A DNA stretch of 64,000 nt from a virus: the IMG/VR virus record IMGVR_UViG_3300043436_003448, positions 2,369-66,368 of that record. One strand, given 5' to 3'. Made by a program: the position numbers and the translations under genes. Below the pieces are notes generated by a model. The model was not told the origin of the DNA. It searched no databases and worked only from the letters and a program-made list of their open reading frames with translations. Shown piece by piece: positions 20,849 to 30,535 of the stretch (position 1 is the stretch's first letter; each line of letters starts with the position of its first letter).

Positions 20849-21445
20849 TTTTGTCGGCCTTCTCCCGTTCAGCCAGAGCCATCGCCTCTTGGACTTGGAA
20901 TTCGTTTTCAATCAAGGCTCGAATGAACTCTTCAGACATTCCGCCAAACGCCGCACCAACGCCGAGCGAAATTGGTAGGGCTTTTACAAAGTTGATTCGG
21001 TAACAGTTGAGGAACAGGCCGAACTTTCGTTCGTGCTTTTCTGCTCTTGTGAGTCGCTCACTGGGACTGGTGGCATCGTTGTAGGTGGCAACGATATCTG
21101 ATTCGATTCGCCATTTTTTTTTACAGCGTTCATGAACTCGCTGAACTGAGTCAGCAGGTTCACGCATTCCAGTTCCGCCAATCCGCCTTTCTCGAATGGT
21201 TTCAGGTTGAAGATTTCCCGGACACCTTCAGCGATGTAGGAAATTTTCTTCGAGATGATCTTTGGGTCAGGGATCTGCAAATCTTTGATATCATTGTCCG
21301 GGTCAAACTTTTCAGTGTTGACCAAGGCCCGAAAGATCACAAAAGGATCTGCAGAAACGTACCGGCTTCCGTCCCAGTAACGGAACAGAAGCCGATGTTT
21401 GTTGATGACAGTTCGGAATAGCCAGTTCTTAAAAAACTCAATCAT
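20841..21445 (-). CDS. Tail assembly chaperone G/GT pair with programmed -1 frameshift
   Basis: ORF 20984..21445 (..AVKKNG..) overlaps ORF 20841..21167 (..CKKKWR..) at an A9 run (T9 at 21114-21122 on +), giving slippery A-AAA-AAA. Lies between tail tube and tape measure. Confidence 0.8.
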
Positions 21446-21490
21446 TTCAGCCAGCCAGTTTGAATTTCAGTTGGTTAATCGATTCAAAAA

Positions 21491-22072
21491 TTATGTCGCC
21501 GCAATTGTGCGATTCCAGAGAACCACATTACCGCTGACAACTCCCTGACGAGCTTTAAGCGTCAGGCTCGCTCGAGCGTATCTTGATCCAACATTCCGCG
21601 AAGTCGCGTCAACCACTTCGCAAAACGGATAGTTGCGAGGCGTCAACAGTTCCACAGTCGCGACAGTCGCCGCCACCGCCGCAATATCCAGAATGCCGTT
21701 CAGTAGACATCGAACAAGCCCACCGCCAGCAGTATTTGAAAACTTCAATGTACCAGGCGTCAGGATCTGACCGGGAGCAGACGCCGCCAGAGAGTTCCGA
21801 GGCATCCGGCTTTCGAGCATGTGAAAATACTCTGCATTGAACTCAGTCAGATTCAGCCGAATGATTGCTTCCCGGCCGAGACTCTGAACGTCAGCAGGCG
21901 GCCCCTGTTCGCCGCCGTAACGATCGGTTTTACATTCGATGGTGAATTCTCGTTCTTCGATTTCAACCCCGTCGTTCGTGTAACCAAGGCTTGCGAGCCC
22001 GGAAACTCCAGACAGACCCTCAATCTTCACGTCAATGGCACCTGGCACATTGAATTTCACAGAACTGGCCAT
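21491..22072 (-). CDS. Major tail tube protein
   Basis: 193 aa with LGYTNDGVEI motif typical of tail tube proteins; directly upstream of the chaperone/TMP. Confidence 0.7.
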   Translation of the reverse strand: MASSVKFNVPGAIDVKIEGLSGVSGLASLGYTNDGVEIEEREFTIECKTDRYGGEQGPPADVQSLGREAIIRLNLTEFNAEYFHMLESRMPRNSLAASAPGQILTPGTLKFSNTAGGGLVRCLLNGILDIAAVAATVATVELLTPRNYPFCEVVDATSRNVGSRYARASLTLKARQGVVSGNVVLWNRTIAAT

Positions 22073-22584
22073 TAGTAATTTCTCCCGTTGGGATAAACGC
22101 GACTAGGGAAGTATCGGGACCGATCGCGGACCATATTGAGGTTCGCTGTTTCGCCGAGCGTCGCGCCATCGATTGACGGACGAGACGCAGAATCATCAGT
22201 GTTTTCATCAGCAAGGATCATGTTTCCTTGCTGCAGTCGCTCCAGCCATTGACTGCGAATTTTCTCGTGTCGCTCAAGGTCTTCTGAGCTAAGATCAGGC
22301 CGACGGACAATCAAATTGATCATCGCAATTTCGGCAATCACACGCTTCAGAAACGATTGAGCAGATCCCGTCAGAAGAGACAGAGAATCAATTGTGTACC
22401 GGCCAAAAGCCTGCAGGTTTCCAACAACTTCGCCTTCAGCATCTTCCAGGGCAATCAAAACCTTTGGATGATTCGCAACAGCAGACTCTGCAACGGGAGA
22501 TCCGCTATCCGAAACGAGATCCGCAATTGTGCGGGCATCCTTCCGGGCAGTCAGATCAGATCCGTTTATGAGAGTTGCTGCCAT
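22072..22584 (-). CDS. Head-tail adaptor (Mu gp36/DUF1320-like)
   Basis: ALEDAEGEV..GRY..LKRVIAEIAM..WLERLQQG pattern; located between capsid and tail genes. Confidence 0.7.
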   Translation of the reverse strand: MAATLINGSDLTARKDARTIADLVSDSGSPVAESAVANHPKVLIALEDAEGEVVGNLQAFGRYTIDSLSLLTGSAQSFLKRVIAEIAMINLIVRRPDLSSEDLERHEKIRSQWLERLQQGNMILADENTDDSASRPSIDGATLGETANLNMVRDRSRYFPSRVYPNGRNY

Positions 22585-22605
22585 TGACTTGAATCATCCA
22601 GATAT

Positions 22606-22633
22606 AAAAAAAGCCCGCCCATGAAGGACGGGC
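22606..22633 (-). terminator. Rho-independent terminator after capsid operon
   Basis: Minus strand GCCCGTCC-TTCAT-GGGCGGGC followed by T7. Confidence 0.75.
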
Positions 22634-22655
22634 AACCGGTTTCATCCGGGAGGAA

Positions 22656-23030
22656 TTACTTTGCTTCCAGAGCCGCCAATCGAACTTCAAGAAGTTCAAT
22701 CCGCTGAACCATCGTCAGAGCCGCAGGAGGCTCAACAAATGGCGAATTGAATCCACCGCCCGCTGCTGGTTCTTCCACTGGAGAAGGAGTTGCAGGCTCA
22801 ACAATCGCAGGTTCGGCCGGAGAGGAGGGGGCTTCCGTTGCTCCCTCCTCGCTGGCCTTATCCTTCGAGGTAGGATCACTTGCAGGCTCAGGAAGATCAG
22901 GAGAAGAAGAGGCACTTGCATCCACGGAGACGGCTGGCTGGTCCATGGCCGCTGATGTAGTTGCCTCAGTTTCAGGAGCTTCGGAAACAACAGGTTCCGG
23001 AGCAGGATTCGTTGCAGCTTTCTTTGCCAT
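22656..23030 (-). CDS. Pro/Ala/Glu-rich hypothetical protein with C-terminal coiled coil
   Basis: 124-aa ORF directly after the MCP gene. Confidence 0.6.
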   Translation of the reverse strand: MAKKAATNPAPEPVVSEAPETEATTSAAMDQPAVSVDASASSSPDLPEPASDPTSKDKASEEGATEAPSSPAEPAIVEPATPSPVEEPAAGGGFNSPFVEPPAALTMVQRIELLEVRLAALEAK

Positions 23031-23113
23031 TGTCAGTTCACTTTCAGATCAGAAAACAGGTTCAAGAAGAGAAAGGCCAGCCAGCCAAAAGACAGGACAA
23101 AGGCCAACAGAAA

Positions 23114-24157
23114 TCAGATCGCGTTGCCGAAGATGATTCCGGTAGCTGGGGCAGTCATCACGAACGCCCAGTTTTCTTCGACAGCACCGTCAACCAGTTT
23201 GTTCCAGGTGTCAGTCTTCGCCTGAATGTCCATTTCGGTGTGAGCGAAGCAGGTGATTGTTGAGAAGGACGGAGCCCCGTACTTCCCTTCAATTCCACCC
23301 GGACGGGCAGTGATAAACGGAGTGTCACCGGCCAGAACGTATGAGCTGGCCAGAGTTGCCCCGGGCTTGCTGGTTACGCGAACCGTGTCTTCAATGACCA
23401 GTTCAACGCCGAACAGATACTTCGGCAGGTCATAGTCGACGTTTGGATTTTCGTTCATCGCTTCACCCTTCAAGCTCGCCAGGGCGAACGGGCTCTTTGC
23501 GATGAAGTCAACCACTTCCTGACACTCAGAAATCTGAGAGGCACAGTCAGGACCGATAACCAACTGAAGATCCTTCTTCTTCACGGCACCCAGAGTGCTC
23601 TTGTGAATCTGCTTCACGGCCGCATTGATGGACTTGCGGATCGTTCCGCGAGCCACCGTAGACGCGCCCCATCGGCTGGAGTCACCGGAGATCGAAGTAA
23701 CGTCGATCTGATGAGACGAGGCATAGTTGCCAGTCGTCGTTGCCACCGCGATTGCTCGGGTAGCTCGATGAGTCATCGCCTTTTGCTGCTGAATGCGGGA
23801 GTGGCGTTCAACATTGTCCCAGCTTGCATTCTCGACGCCCAGCTGACCGAGCGTGAAACCGAAGTTCTTTCGGCGAGTGATGTAAGACAGGAACTCATGT
23901 TCCGCCGTACCATCGACACCGGAAGGACGCGGAGCCCCATCCGGCCAGTCGACTTCAAGGCCTGTTGCAGAAATGCGACCGGCCGCCGCAATATCCAGAT
24001 TCAGGTAAAGGCCAACAGTTGGAGCATCAGGAACAACCTGAACGTATCGGTTCAGCGGAAAGCTGGAAGGCTTTCGGGCGAAGTCGATAATCAGAGAGCG
24101 TTTCTGCTCGAAAGTTGGGACAAAGGTGTTATTTCCACCTGGATGAACCATAGTCAT
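23114..24157 (-). CDS. Major capsid protein
   Basis: 347 aa, downstream of scaffold and decoration genes; HK97-like size and C-terminal APATGIIFGNAI ending. Confidence 0.8.
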   Translation of the reverse strand: MTMVHPGGNNTFVPTFEQKRSLIIDFARKPSSFPLNRYVQVVPDAPTVGLYLNLDIAAAGRISATGLEVDWPDGAPRPSGVDGTAEHEFLSYITRRKNFGFTLGQLGVENASWDNVERHSRIQQQKAMTHRATRAIAVATTTGNYASSHQIDVTSISGDSSRWGASTVARGTIRKSINAAVKQIHKSTLGAVKKKDLQLVIGPDCASQISECQEVVDFIAKSPFALASLKGEAMNENPNVDYDLPKYLFGVELVIEDTVRVTSKPGATLASSYVLAGDTPFITARPGGIEGKYGAPSFSTITCFAHTEMDIQAKTDTWNKLVDGAVEENWAFVMTAPATGIIFGNAI

Positions 24158-24268
24158 GGCTGGAGATCCTTCAAAGTTTTCAGAGTTTCAAAGAGTGTTT
24201 TGGGGTGGCCTATGTCACATCCCAGCCAGATGCATGTGACATATGCGATTCAGTTTCAGGGTTCAGGA

Positions 24269-24673
24269 TCAGGCAAGAATGCCGGAAATCGGGGTACAGC
24301 GAATGTATTCACCAGCCGCCCCGGATTCGTCAGCAATTGCCCCGTAATACTTGCCAGTCGTGCAAGTGATCGCCTTGCCGTCCGCATCCGGCATCAGGTG
24401 AGCACCGCGAGTAACACCACCGGAACCAACCATGATCCAGACCGTTGAATCGTGGCCTTCACCGGACATGCCCGGTTGATGAACCTGAATCAATCCGCCG
24501 GAAGTTCCGGCAGCACTTGCAGCACCAACCAAAGGAGCCACTTCAGCCCATCGCTGAGAAACACCACAAGGGAACGAATCAGCATCAGCCTGCAATACCG
24601 TAAAGTCTGCAGCAGTGCTGCGCTTCACAAATCGAGCAGGTTCGATTGTCCCACCACACGCAAAAGCTTTCAT
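24269..24673 (-). CDS. Capsid decoration/cement protein (DUF2190-like)
   Basis: GGVTRGAHLMPDADGKAI..GAIADESGAAGEYI pattern. Confidence 0.7.
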   Translation of the reverse strand: MKAFACGGTIEPARFVKRSTAADFTVLQADADSFPCGVSQRWAEVAPLVGAASAAGTSGGLIQVHQPGMSGEGHDSTVWIMVGSGGVTRGAHLMPDADGKAITCTTGKYYGAIADESGAAGEYIRCTPISGILA

Positions 24674-24758
24674 TTTTCAAACTCCAGATCGGCGAGAAAC
24701 ACTATCAAAAAACGGCTTCAATCAGCCGACGATTTCACTTTTCAGATTGCCTGAGCAA

Positions 24759-26426
24759 TCAGGATTTCGCAGGAAATGACTTGTTGTTGCGAATGTAAAG
24801 TTCCTTCGCGTCCGCATAAGCCACGTCATACTCAATGCAGTATTTTTCGATCTTTGGAAGATCGGTTTTCGGATCGATTGAGTTCTCCGACTTCGCTGGG
24901 CCTGCATTGCCCTTACCAGTTGAAGAAACATCAACGCCATCAGACAGACCGGCATAGTCCGGCATGTTGGTAAGAGTTCGCTGATAGTTGTCAGTGATGA
25001 TCTGAACGTGAGCGTCGAACTGCTCAGGCGTGTAGCCAGCAGTCCGGTCAAGTTCAACTTCAGGCTTCAGGATGTAATCCGTTGAAAGCTTCTCAAGGCG
25101 TGAGTAACGCTCAATCCGAGTCTTCTCGCCGTCAATCTGTGCAATCCTTGCGAGTGCATCAGCCAACTGCTTGCGAAGTTGGACGTTTGCATCCATCACG
25201 TCACGAAGATCACGAGAGTATTTGTCTTTATCGTTGTCTGGACCCATTGGAGGCATTCCGGGTTTAGGAGGAATCGGAGGAGCCCCCGCCGCCGGAGCAG
25301 TTGGAGCAGGTTTTTGAACAGGAGGAGCAGCAGCCGGAGCCGCTGGAGGTTCGGCCGGAGAAGGAGAGGCCATTTGCGCGGGAGCACCGCCACCACCGGC
25401 CGCAGCTGGATCAGGTTGACCCGCCGCATTCGGATCCTGACCAGCAGCACCGGGAGCCGGAGCAGTAGGATCAGGAGGAATCTCATTCGGAACCGCAGGA
25501 TTAGGCATTCCGGATTGACCAGACTGCCGCATCAGGCCCAACAGGAATTGCTGGGGCTGAGTTTCCATGAAGATTTCAAGGAACTCTTCCAAAGTCAGAT
25601 CGGAGAGTTTTGTTCCGCCGCCGCTGCTGACCGGAGTTTGTGAAGGATTCGCGGAATACTGATCGGCCATTGGTTTCCGCCCATCGGGTGAAGGCTTGAA
25701 CGATGGAACAAACGTGTTATTCCCGCCTGGGAAGACAGCCGAATAACACTCAACAAAAACCGGCGATTCATCCGCGGATCGTCGCGAATAGTGAGCCGGA
25801 GGGAGATTCAATCGAGGCATCTCTTCGCCGAGCGTTGCAATCGGATAAAAGAACCGATCACGCATCCGGGAGTAACGCCAAACTTCAGGAGACCGGCCGA
25901 CTCGCTTTTTGAGTTCCGGAACCGCGTCTTTCATGTGGTATTCGGTCCCAAAGATTGCCCATCGGGGATTCTTGCGACCGATCATTCCCAACTTGTACGG
26001 ACCGGCAAACCCGAGAACCTCTGGCATTTGCCTGTCACCATCCTTCGCGCCCGGCTTTTGGCCGGTATGCCCGCGAGTGATCGGAGAAAATTCGTCATGG
26101 TCCAAAATTCGGTCATTCATCCCGTCAACCATTTCGGCCAGTTCATCGCGGCCGTAATGCTGAGCAGGGACTTCTTTATCCTGAATCTTCTGAGCTGGCA
26201 CAGTGTGTTCGTGGAACATCGCCACGTCATTCAGCCGCTGGTATTGATCAGGAGTAAACCGGGATTCAACGAGTTCGCTGATTGTTGGATCATCGCCGCG
26301 ATGTTCATCCCAAGCAGCAAAACAAGCTTTGTTTCGCTTTGAGGTATCAGTCATTTCACCCGCCATCGCTTCATGAAAGCGAATCGCGAATTGAGGCTGA
26401 GTCTCGTTTTCGTTTGGAATGAGCAT
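24759..26426 (-). CDS. Prohead protease/scaffold protein
   Basis: N-terminal domain with GHT and RSPEVW (His/Ser, Mu-type protease-like), Pro/Ala linker, C-terminal coiled coil; upstream of decoration and MCP genes. Confidence 0.7.
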   Translation of the reverse strand: MLIPNENETQPQFAIRFHEAMAGEMTDTSKRNKACFAAWDEHRGDDPTISELVESRFTPDQYQRLNDVAMFHEHTVPAQKIQDKEVPAQHYGRDELAEMVDGMNDRILDHDEFSPITRGHTGQKPGAKDGDRQMPEVLGFAGPYKLGMIGRKNPRWAIFGTEYHMKDAVPELKKRVGRSPEVWRYSRMRDRFFYPIATLGEEMPRLNLPPAHYSRRSADESPVFVECYSAVFPGGNNTFVPSFKPSPDGRKPMADQYSANPSQTPVSSGGGTKLSDLTLEEFLEIFMETQPQQFLLGLMRQSGQSGMPNPAVPNEIPPDPTAPAPGAAGQDPNAAGQPDPAAAGGGGAPAQMASPSPAEPPAAPAAAPPVQKPAPTAPAAGAPPIPPKPGMPPMGPDNDKDKYSRDLRDVMDANVQLRKQLADALARIAQIDGEKTRIERYSRLEKLSTDYILKPEVELDRTAGYTPEQFDAHVQIITDNYQRTLTNMPDYAGLSDGVDVSSTGKGNAGPAKSENSIDPKTDLPKIEKYCIEYDVAYADAKELYIRNNKSFPAKS

Positions 26427-26456
26427 CAGGAGTAAAACCCGTAATCCGTAAACGAC

Positions 26457-26498
26457 AAAAGCCCCATCAAAACCGGTTAAGGCTTTGATGGGGCTTGC
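26457..26498. terminator. Hairpin/terminator upstream of protease-scaffold gene
   Basis: AAAAGCCCCATCAAA..TTTGATGGGGCTT inverted repeat, with a T-run on the minus strand. Confidence 0.6.
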
Positions 26499-26597
26499 TG
26501 CTGACCATCATGTCAAAGTGTCAATCTGAAATCTGAACATTCAGAAGGTATGCCTGAAACGCAAATTGCCTACGTTCCATGCATGTGACATCCAAGT

Positions 26598-26927
26598 TCA
26601 GAGATGTTGAATAAATTCCGTTCGAGTGTCAACAACACTGCCAAGAAAAAAAGAATATGTCACAGAAATTTCAGCATCCTCATTCGGAAGGCCGTCTTTC
26701 GGCAGATCCTTTTCCATGTCGCGGATGATTTCGGCCGGGAGGAGGAGCTTCGCGCGATCGGTCACAGGTTCACGATTCAGGACCGGACAAACGAGAACCC
26801 GGATTGTTGCTCGCCTTGACTTGGCATTCCGATAGCAGACCCGGCATTCAATGATGCCGGTAAACTTCTTGCGTTCTGACCTGGCAATCGTTGCGGTCGA
26901 ACGCTGAGTGAAAATCTGCCAATCCAT
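26598..26927 (-). CDS. Hypothetical protein
   Basis: 109-aa ORF, co-oriented and coupled with neighbours. Confidence 0.55.
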   Translation of the reverse strand: MDWQIFTQRSTATIARSERKKFTGIIECRVCYRNAKSRRATIRVLVCPVLNREPVTDRAKLLLPAEIIRDMEKDLPKDGLPNEDAEISVTYSFFLGSVVDTRTEFIQHL

Positions 26928-27079
26928 TATTTGTTTCCCGCAGCCTGATTATTCTGCTGATCTGCTTCCGGATTGTCTTTGAACCCCTGAGATGCCATCG
27001 CGATGAGCATGTAGATGATCAGGAAAATCCCGATGAAAACACCCGCTGCAATCGCAACGATTTGCTTGAGAAGCTTCAA
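26927..27079 (-). CDS. Small single-TM protein (~50 aa)
   Basis: Hand translation (TTG)KLLKQIVAIAAGVFIGIFLIIYMLIAMASQGFKDNPEADQQNNQAAGNK fills the gap with overlapping start/stop codons. Confidence 0.5.
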   Translation of the reverse strand: MKLLKQIVAIAAGVFIGIFLIIYMLIAMASQGFKDNPEADQQNNQAAGNK

Positions 27080-27405
27080 TTTCCCTCTCCCGGCCGAAAC
27101 TTTCCAACCATGATATCGCGATGGCTCAGATACTCTTGAATCATCGCCGTTAGCCCTTCGATCGCTTTGGAGTTCCTGGTAAACGTGATGATCGTGAGCC
27201 TATTGGAAAGGCCAATCTGTTTCCAGCAAGACTGACAAACCGGAACCAATGTTGAGCCATCCGGCATGAATGGAGGGCACATTTCGAGGCAGCCTGCACA
27301 CCGGTATTGATGGCCGGTCAGATTGGGCGCACCCTGCTTGATTTTCTTCGGATTATGGGAATCCGGACCATTCGGAAGGCTGCCAGCCATTTTCAACCCT
27401 ACCAA
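27076..27405 (-). CDS. Hypothetical protein with CxxC..CxxC (Zn-binding)
   Basis: CAGC and CQSC motifs. Confidence 0.5.
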   Translation of the reverse strand: MVGLKMAGSLPNGPDSHNPKKIKQGAPNLTGHQYRCAGCLEMCPPFMPDGSTLVPVCQSCWKQIGLSNRLTIITFTRNSKAIEGLTAMIQEYLSHRDIMVGKFRPGEGN

Positions 27406-27432
27406 CTGCAGCCATCTTGGCGATTTTTGTGC

Positions 27433-28782
27433 CTACCTCACTCGCTGAGGAGTACCACGCTCCAGCCGGCCGCGATCCATGTTCCCAACATTCGGCCGAT
27501 GGGCAGTTGGAGAATATCGCCCCACTACAGCATTGGGCAATGGACTTGTCAGGGTTTCCGTCCTTCCATCGGAATAAACCGCCGTCCGGGTTCGCCGCTG
27601 AAATCGCTGAATCCCCATGTTGACCAGAGCCCGCCGAGGCAAATACCCCTGCGCCGCTCGCGTCAGATTGTACGTGAACTGGTGACCTGCGACCGTTCCC
27701 CGGATCCTGAGACGATCCCAGACCCATTTGCCTTTTGATCCCGCCTGCTGCAGATCATCAAACCAATCCGGATGAACATCATCGTATTCGTATGTTGGCC
27801 CGCCGACGGTCCCGGAGCGACCTGAACGCCGATCCTTTTGCTTGTAGCGAATGATGAGTTTGGATTTCAGGGGATAATCCAGGTTAAACCTGAATCCGAT
27901 TGAATGCACGTTGCTCGACTGAACGGCAATCATCACACCGGTCAAAACCGGATCGTCCGGGACCAAGATTCTGTGATACCCGGGACCGCGAATCTCCCAT
28001 CGGCCATCTGACAGAATCCTGACATTCGGATGAGGCCCGAGAGCGTAATCGGTAGCAGGAGGCAGGCGATTTGCCCCGTTAAATGGAACATTCCCACCAT
28101 TTCCAGAACCGCCGGAGTTTCGGCCGGGAGGAGAGGGGGAATTCTGGCGCGGAGGATTCGGTTGTCGTGGCTGCCGAGGCTGAATCGGAGGCAGATCAGG
28201 AACATTAGCCCCCTCAAACCAGTCTTCCACTCTCCGGCCGCCCGCCTGTTCAGGGCTGACAGGTTCTTCGGACAACTGAGGAGCAAACTGGCTCAACATG
28301 TTCAGAGCCTGCTGAACATTCTGGCGCATAGGATTCAGGGACTGAGACCCTTCCCGTCCCCGAAGCCACGATTGAAGCAGTTGGCCCGGAGTTCCCAGAG
28401 AATTCAGAACCTGAGAGACCAGAGAATTCGCCTGCTCCCTGGCTAATCGTTCCACCGATTCGGCCATTCGGACCAACTGAGAACCGACCGGCAGAGCGCC
28501 GCCAGTTCCCCGCAAGGCCGATGCCAGCTGGCGGGAATCGGATTGCAGTTGCTGAGCAGTCTGAGAAGTCGGGTATTGCAGAGCCCGTTTCATCCGCTCG
28601 AGTATTTCCGTTGCTCGCTGGGCGTTTTCGCGAGCCTGAGCGTTTCTGTTTGAGTTCGGGAATAGTTTGTTGTTTCGCATGGCCATCAATAATTCTCCTC
28701 TTGCTGATTCCCCTTCTTCCCCCGGCCGTACCTCCCGCCGAAAGAAGTTTCCATTCCACCGCCAGCCAGAAGATCCCGCCAA
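27433..28782 (-). CDS. KTSC-domain-containing protein
   Basis: VQSSNVHSIGF..LIIRY..YEYDDV..FDDLQQAGSKGKWVWDRLR matches the KTSC pattern; the true start may be at 28683. Confidence 0.65.
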   Translation of the reverse strand: MAGSSGWRWNGNFFRREVRPGEEGESARGELLMAMRNNKLFPNSNRNAQARENAQRATEILERMKRALQYPTSQTAQQLQSDSRQLASALRGTGGALPVGSQLVRMAESVERLAREQANSLVSQVLNSLGTPGQLLQSWLRGREGSQSLNPMRQNVQQALNMLSQFAPQLSEEPVSPEQAGGRRVEDWFEGANVPDLPPIQPRQPRQPNPPRQNSPSPPGRNSGGSGNGGNVPFNGANRLPPATDYALGPHPNVRILSDGRWEIRGPGYHRILVPDDPVLTGVMIAVQSSNVHSIGFRFNLDYPLKSKLIIRYKQKDRRSGRSGTVGGPTYEYDDVHPDWFDDLQQAGSKGKWVWDRLRIRGTVAGHQFTYNLTRAAQGYLPRRALVNMGIQRFQRRTRTAVYSDGRTETLTSPLPNAVVGRYSPTAHRPNVGNMDRGRLERGTPQRVR

Positions 28783-30533
28783 TTGCCGTTACTCTTCGCG
28801 ACACTTTGAGCCGCTTTGGAGCTCGACCGAGCCGACTCGATTGTCAGTCCGATCTGAGAATCATCAGAAAACGTAAGATACCTCAGAGCATCCATGCAGT
28901 GATCATCAAACTTCAGGGGCTCAGGCCGAGGATTCAAAGGATTGTCGCTTTGACCGTCGGCGCCCGATCCCTTCACCCACCGATATTTCTTCATTTCCCT
29001 GATTGTGTTCACGCACGAATAGTGAACAAACAACCGAGGCCGCTGAATCATCGATTCGGTGAACTCATTCCATTCCGGGATTGATCGTTTCAGCAACCAC
29101 TGAACATGCTCAATGCCTTCAATCACAGCATTCCGAGCCATCGACATGTTCAGGTTTGGAATTTCCTCGCCCATCTGCCTTGTGAGTCTTCCCAACTGCT
29201 GGGCAAGACGAATGTTCCCTGGCGAAGCAGGATCAGCGTAAGTCGTCCCGTACCAAGGCTGATTCGGCCAGGGATGCCGCTTCGTCACATCGATCAGGTG
29301 ATCGACCGTCGTTTTCTCCTGATCAGTCGAATAGAGTTCATCATAAACAAACCATTGAGACAGACGATTTCGAGCGCCCCACAAGCAGACGAAAGCATTT
29401 TGAGGACCGGCACCCCAGTCAATCGCCCGCCGATGGCTGCAATTCCCGGACAGAATCCAATCAAAGATTTCATCCCCGACCACATGAACAGTCGGATCAA
29501 ATGTCTTGTAAATCACTCCTTCAAAGGCTGCAAAGAGACCTTTCAGCCGCATCCCGAGCGATTCTTTTGGAATCATCCCAAAGTATTCGTCGAACCACTC
29601 TTTCGAGACGTGGCCCGCTTCCATCGCACATTCAGTGTTCGCATGGAAAACTTCCCAGTCATCGGGAAGGTGTTTCATATTTGAACGAAGAGTGATCTTC
29701 TCAGACTTGCCGTCTTCAGGTTTCGGCCGCTTCCCGTTCTGAATCATCTCCTCAATATCACCGGACAAATCCGGATCGACCGGCGTATACTCGACCATCT
29801 TGGAGCCGGGAAGATTGTATTCACGGCATCCGCGGAGAACTTCAGTAAACACGCCCCAAGGAAATTGCTCGACAAAGGCGAAACCGCCAATGGATCGAGC
29901 CATCATCTGGTGAGCACCCTGTTGCCAGCTTTTGAACTCCAGAGACCAATTACCCAGAGCAGTGTAAGGGTATTGGTCAGGGATCAGTTTTCGGAAGAGT
30001 TCCTTATCAGCCTGGCAGGCAGTTGGAAGCAAGGGAACACGGTAGGGCAATTGCTGTTTCGGCCGATACCACGAAACACGGTCCCAGTCGATATCTTCAT
30101 CCAGAATATGCCCGTGTCCGTAGAGCTTTTCCTTCCAGCATGTTTCCATCGACTGTTCATAAGAACCGCCGATCACCCAAAACGGAGTATCAACGCGAGG
30201 GGCTGGAGTGTTCAGAACGAACTTGGCGACTTTGGCCATAGTCGTTTCGGTTGTGCCGGCACCGTTTCCGCCGAGTAACCACACAACCCCGCGCGAGGGG
30301 CAATTGTAGAACGCAGTTTGCTGGTCGTATCGCTCAGGTTGATCCTTCCGGGGCTGCCATTTCAGTTGCGCCGGGAGTTCGATTCCAAATGCTGCTTCAG
30401 CGAGTTCCGCGAGTTCAGCGAGTTCGAATGAATCAGGATTTGCGTTGAAAAGCTTGTCAAAGAATTCGTCGTCAAGTTCCGGGAACTCCGGAAGTACGGC
30501 CGAGGAGGAAGGGGGACCGGCGAGGGCGATCAT
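28686..30533 (-). CDS. terL: Terminase large subunit
   Basis: N-terminal ATPase region (QTAFY, GGNGAGTT, FKSWQQG, YTP) and RNase H-like nuclease (RAIDWG, YADPA, DDHCMDALRY). Confidence 0.85.
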   Translation of the reverse strand: MIALAGPPSSSAVLPEFPELDDEFFDKLFNANPDSFELAELAELAEAAFGIELPAQLKWQPRKDQPERYDQQTAFYNCPSRGVVWLLGGNGAGTTETTMAKVAKFVLNTPAPRVDTPFWVIGGSYEQSMETCWKEKLYGHGHILDEDIDWDRVSWYRPKQQLPYRVPLLPTACQADKELFRKLIPDQYPYTALGNWSLEFKSWQQGAHQMMARSIGGFAFVEQFPWGVFTEVLRGCREYNLPGSKMVEYTPVDPDLSGDIEEMIQNGKRPKPEDGKSEKITLRSNMKHLPDDWEVFHANTECAMEAGHVSKEWFDEYFGMIPKESLGMRLKGLFAAFEGVIYKTFDPTVHVVGDEIFDWILSGNCSHRRAIDWGAGPQNAFVCLWGARNRLSQWFVYDELYSTDQEKTTVDHLIDVTKRHPWPNQPWYGTTYADPASPGNIRLAQQLGRLTRQMGEEIPNLNMSMARNAVIEGIEHVQWLLKRSIPEWNEFTESMIQRPRLFVHYSCVNTIREMKKYRWVKGSGADGQSDNPLNPRPEPLKFDDHCMDALRYLTFSDDSQIGLTIESARSSSKAAQSVAKSNGNWRDLLAGGGMETSFGGRYGRGKKGNQQEENY

Positions 30534-30535
30534 GG

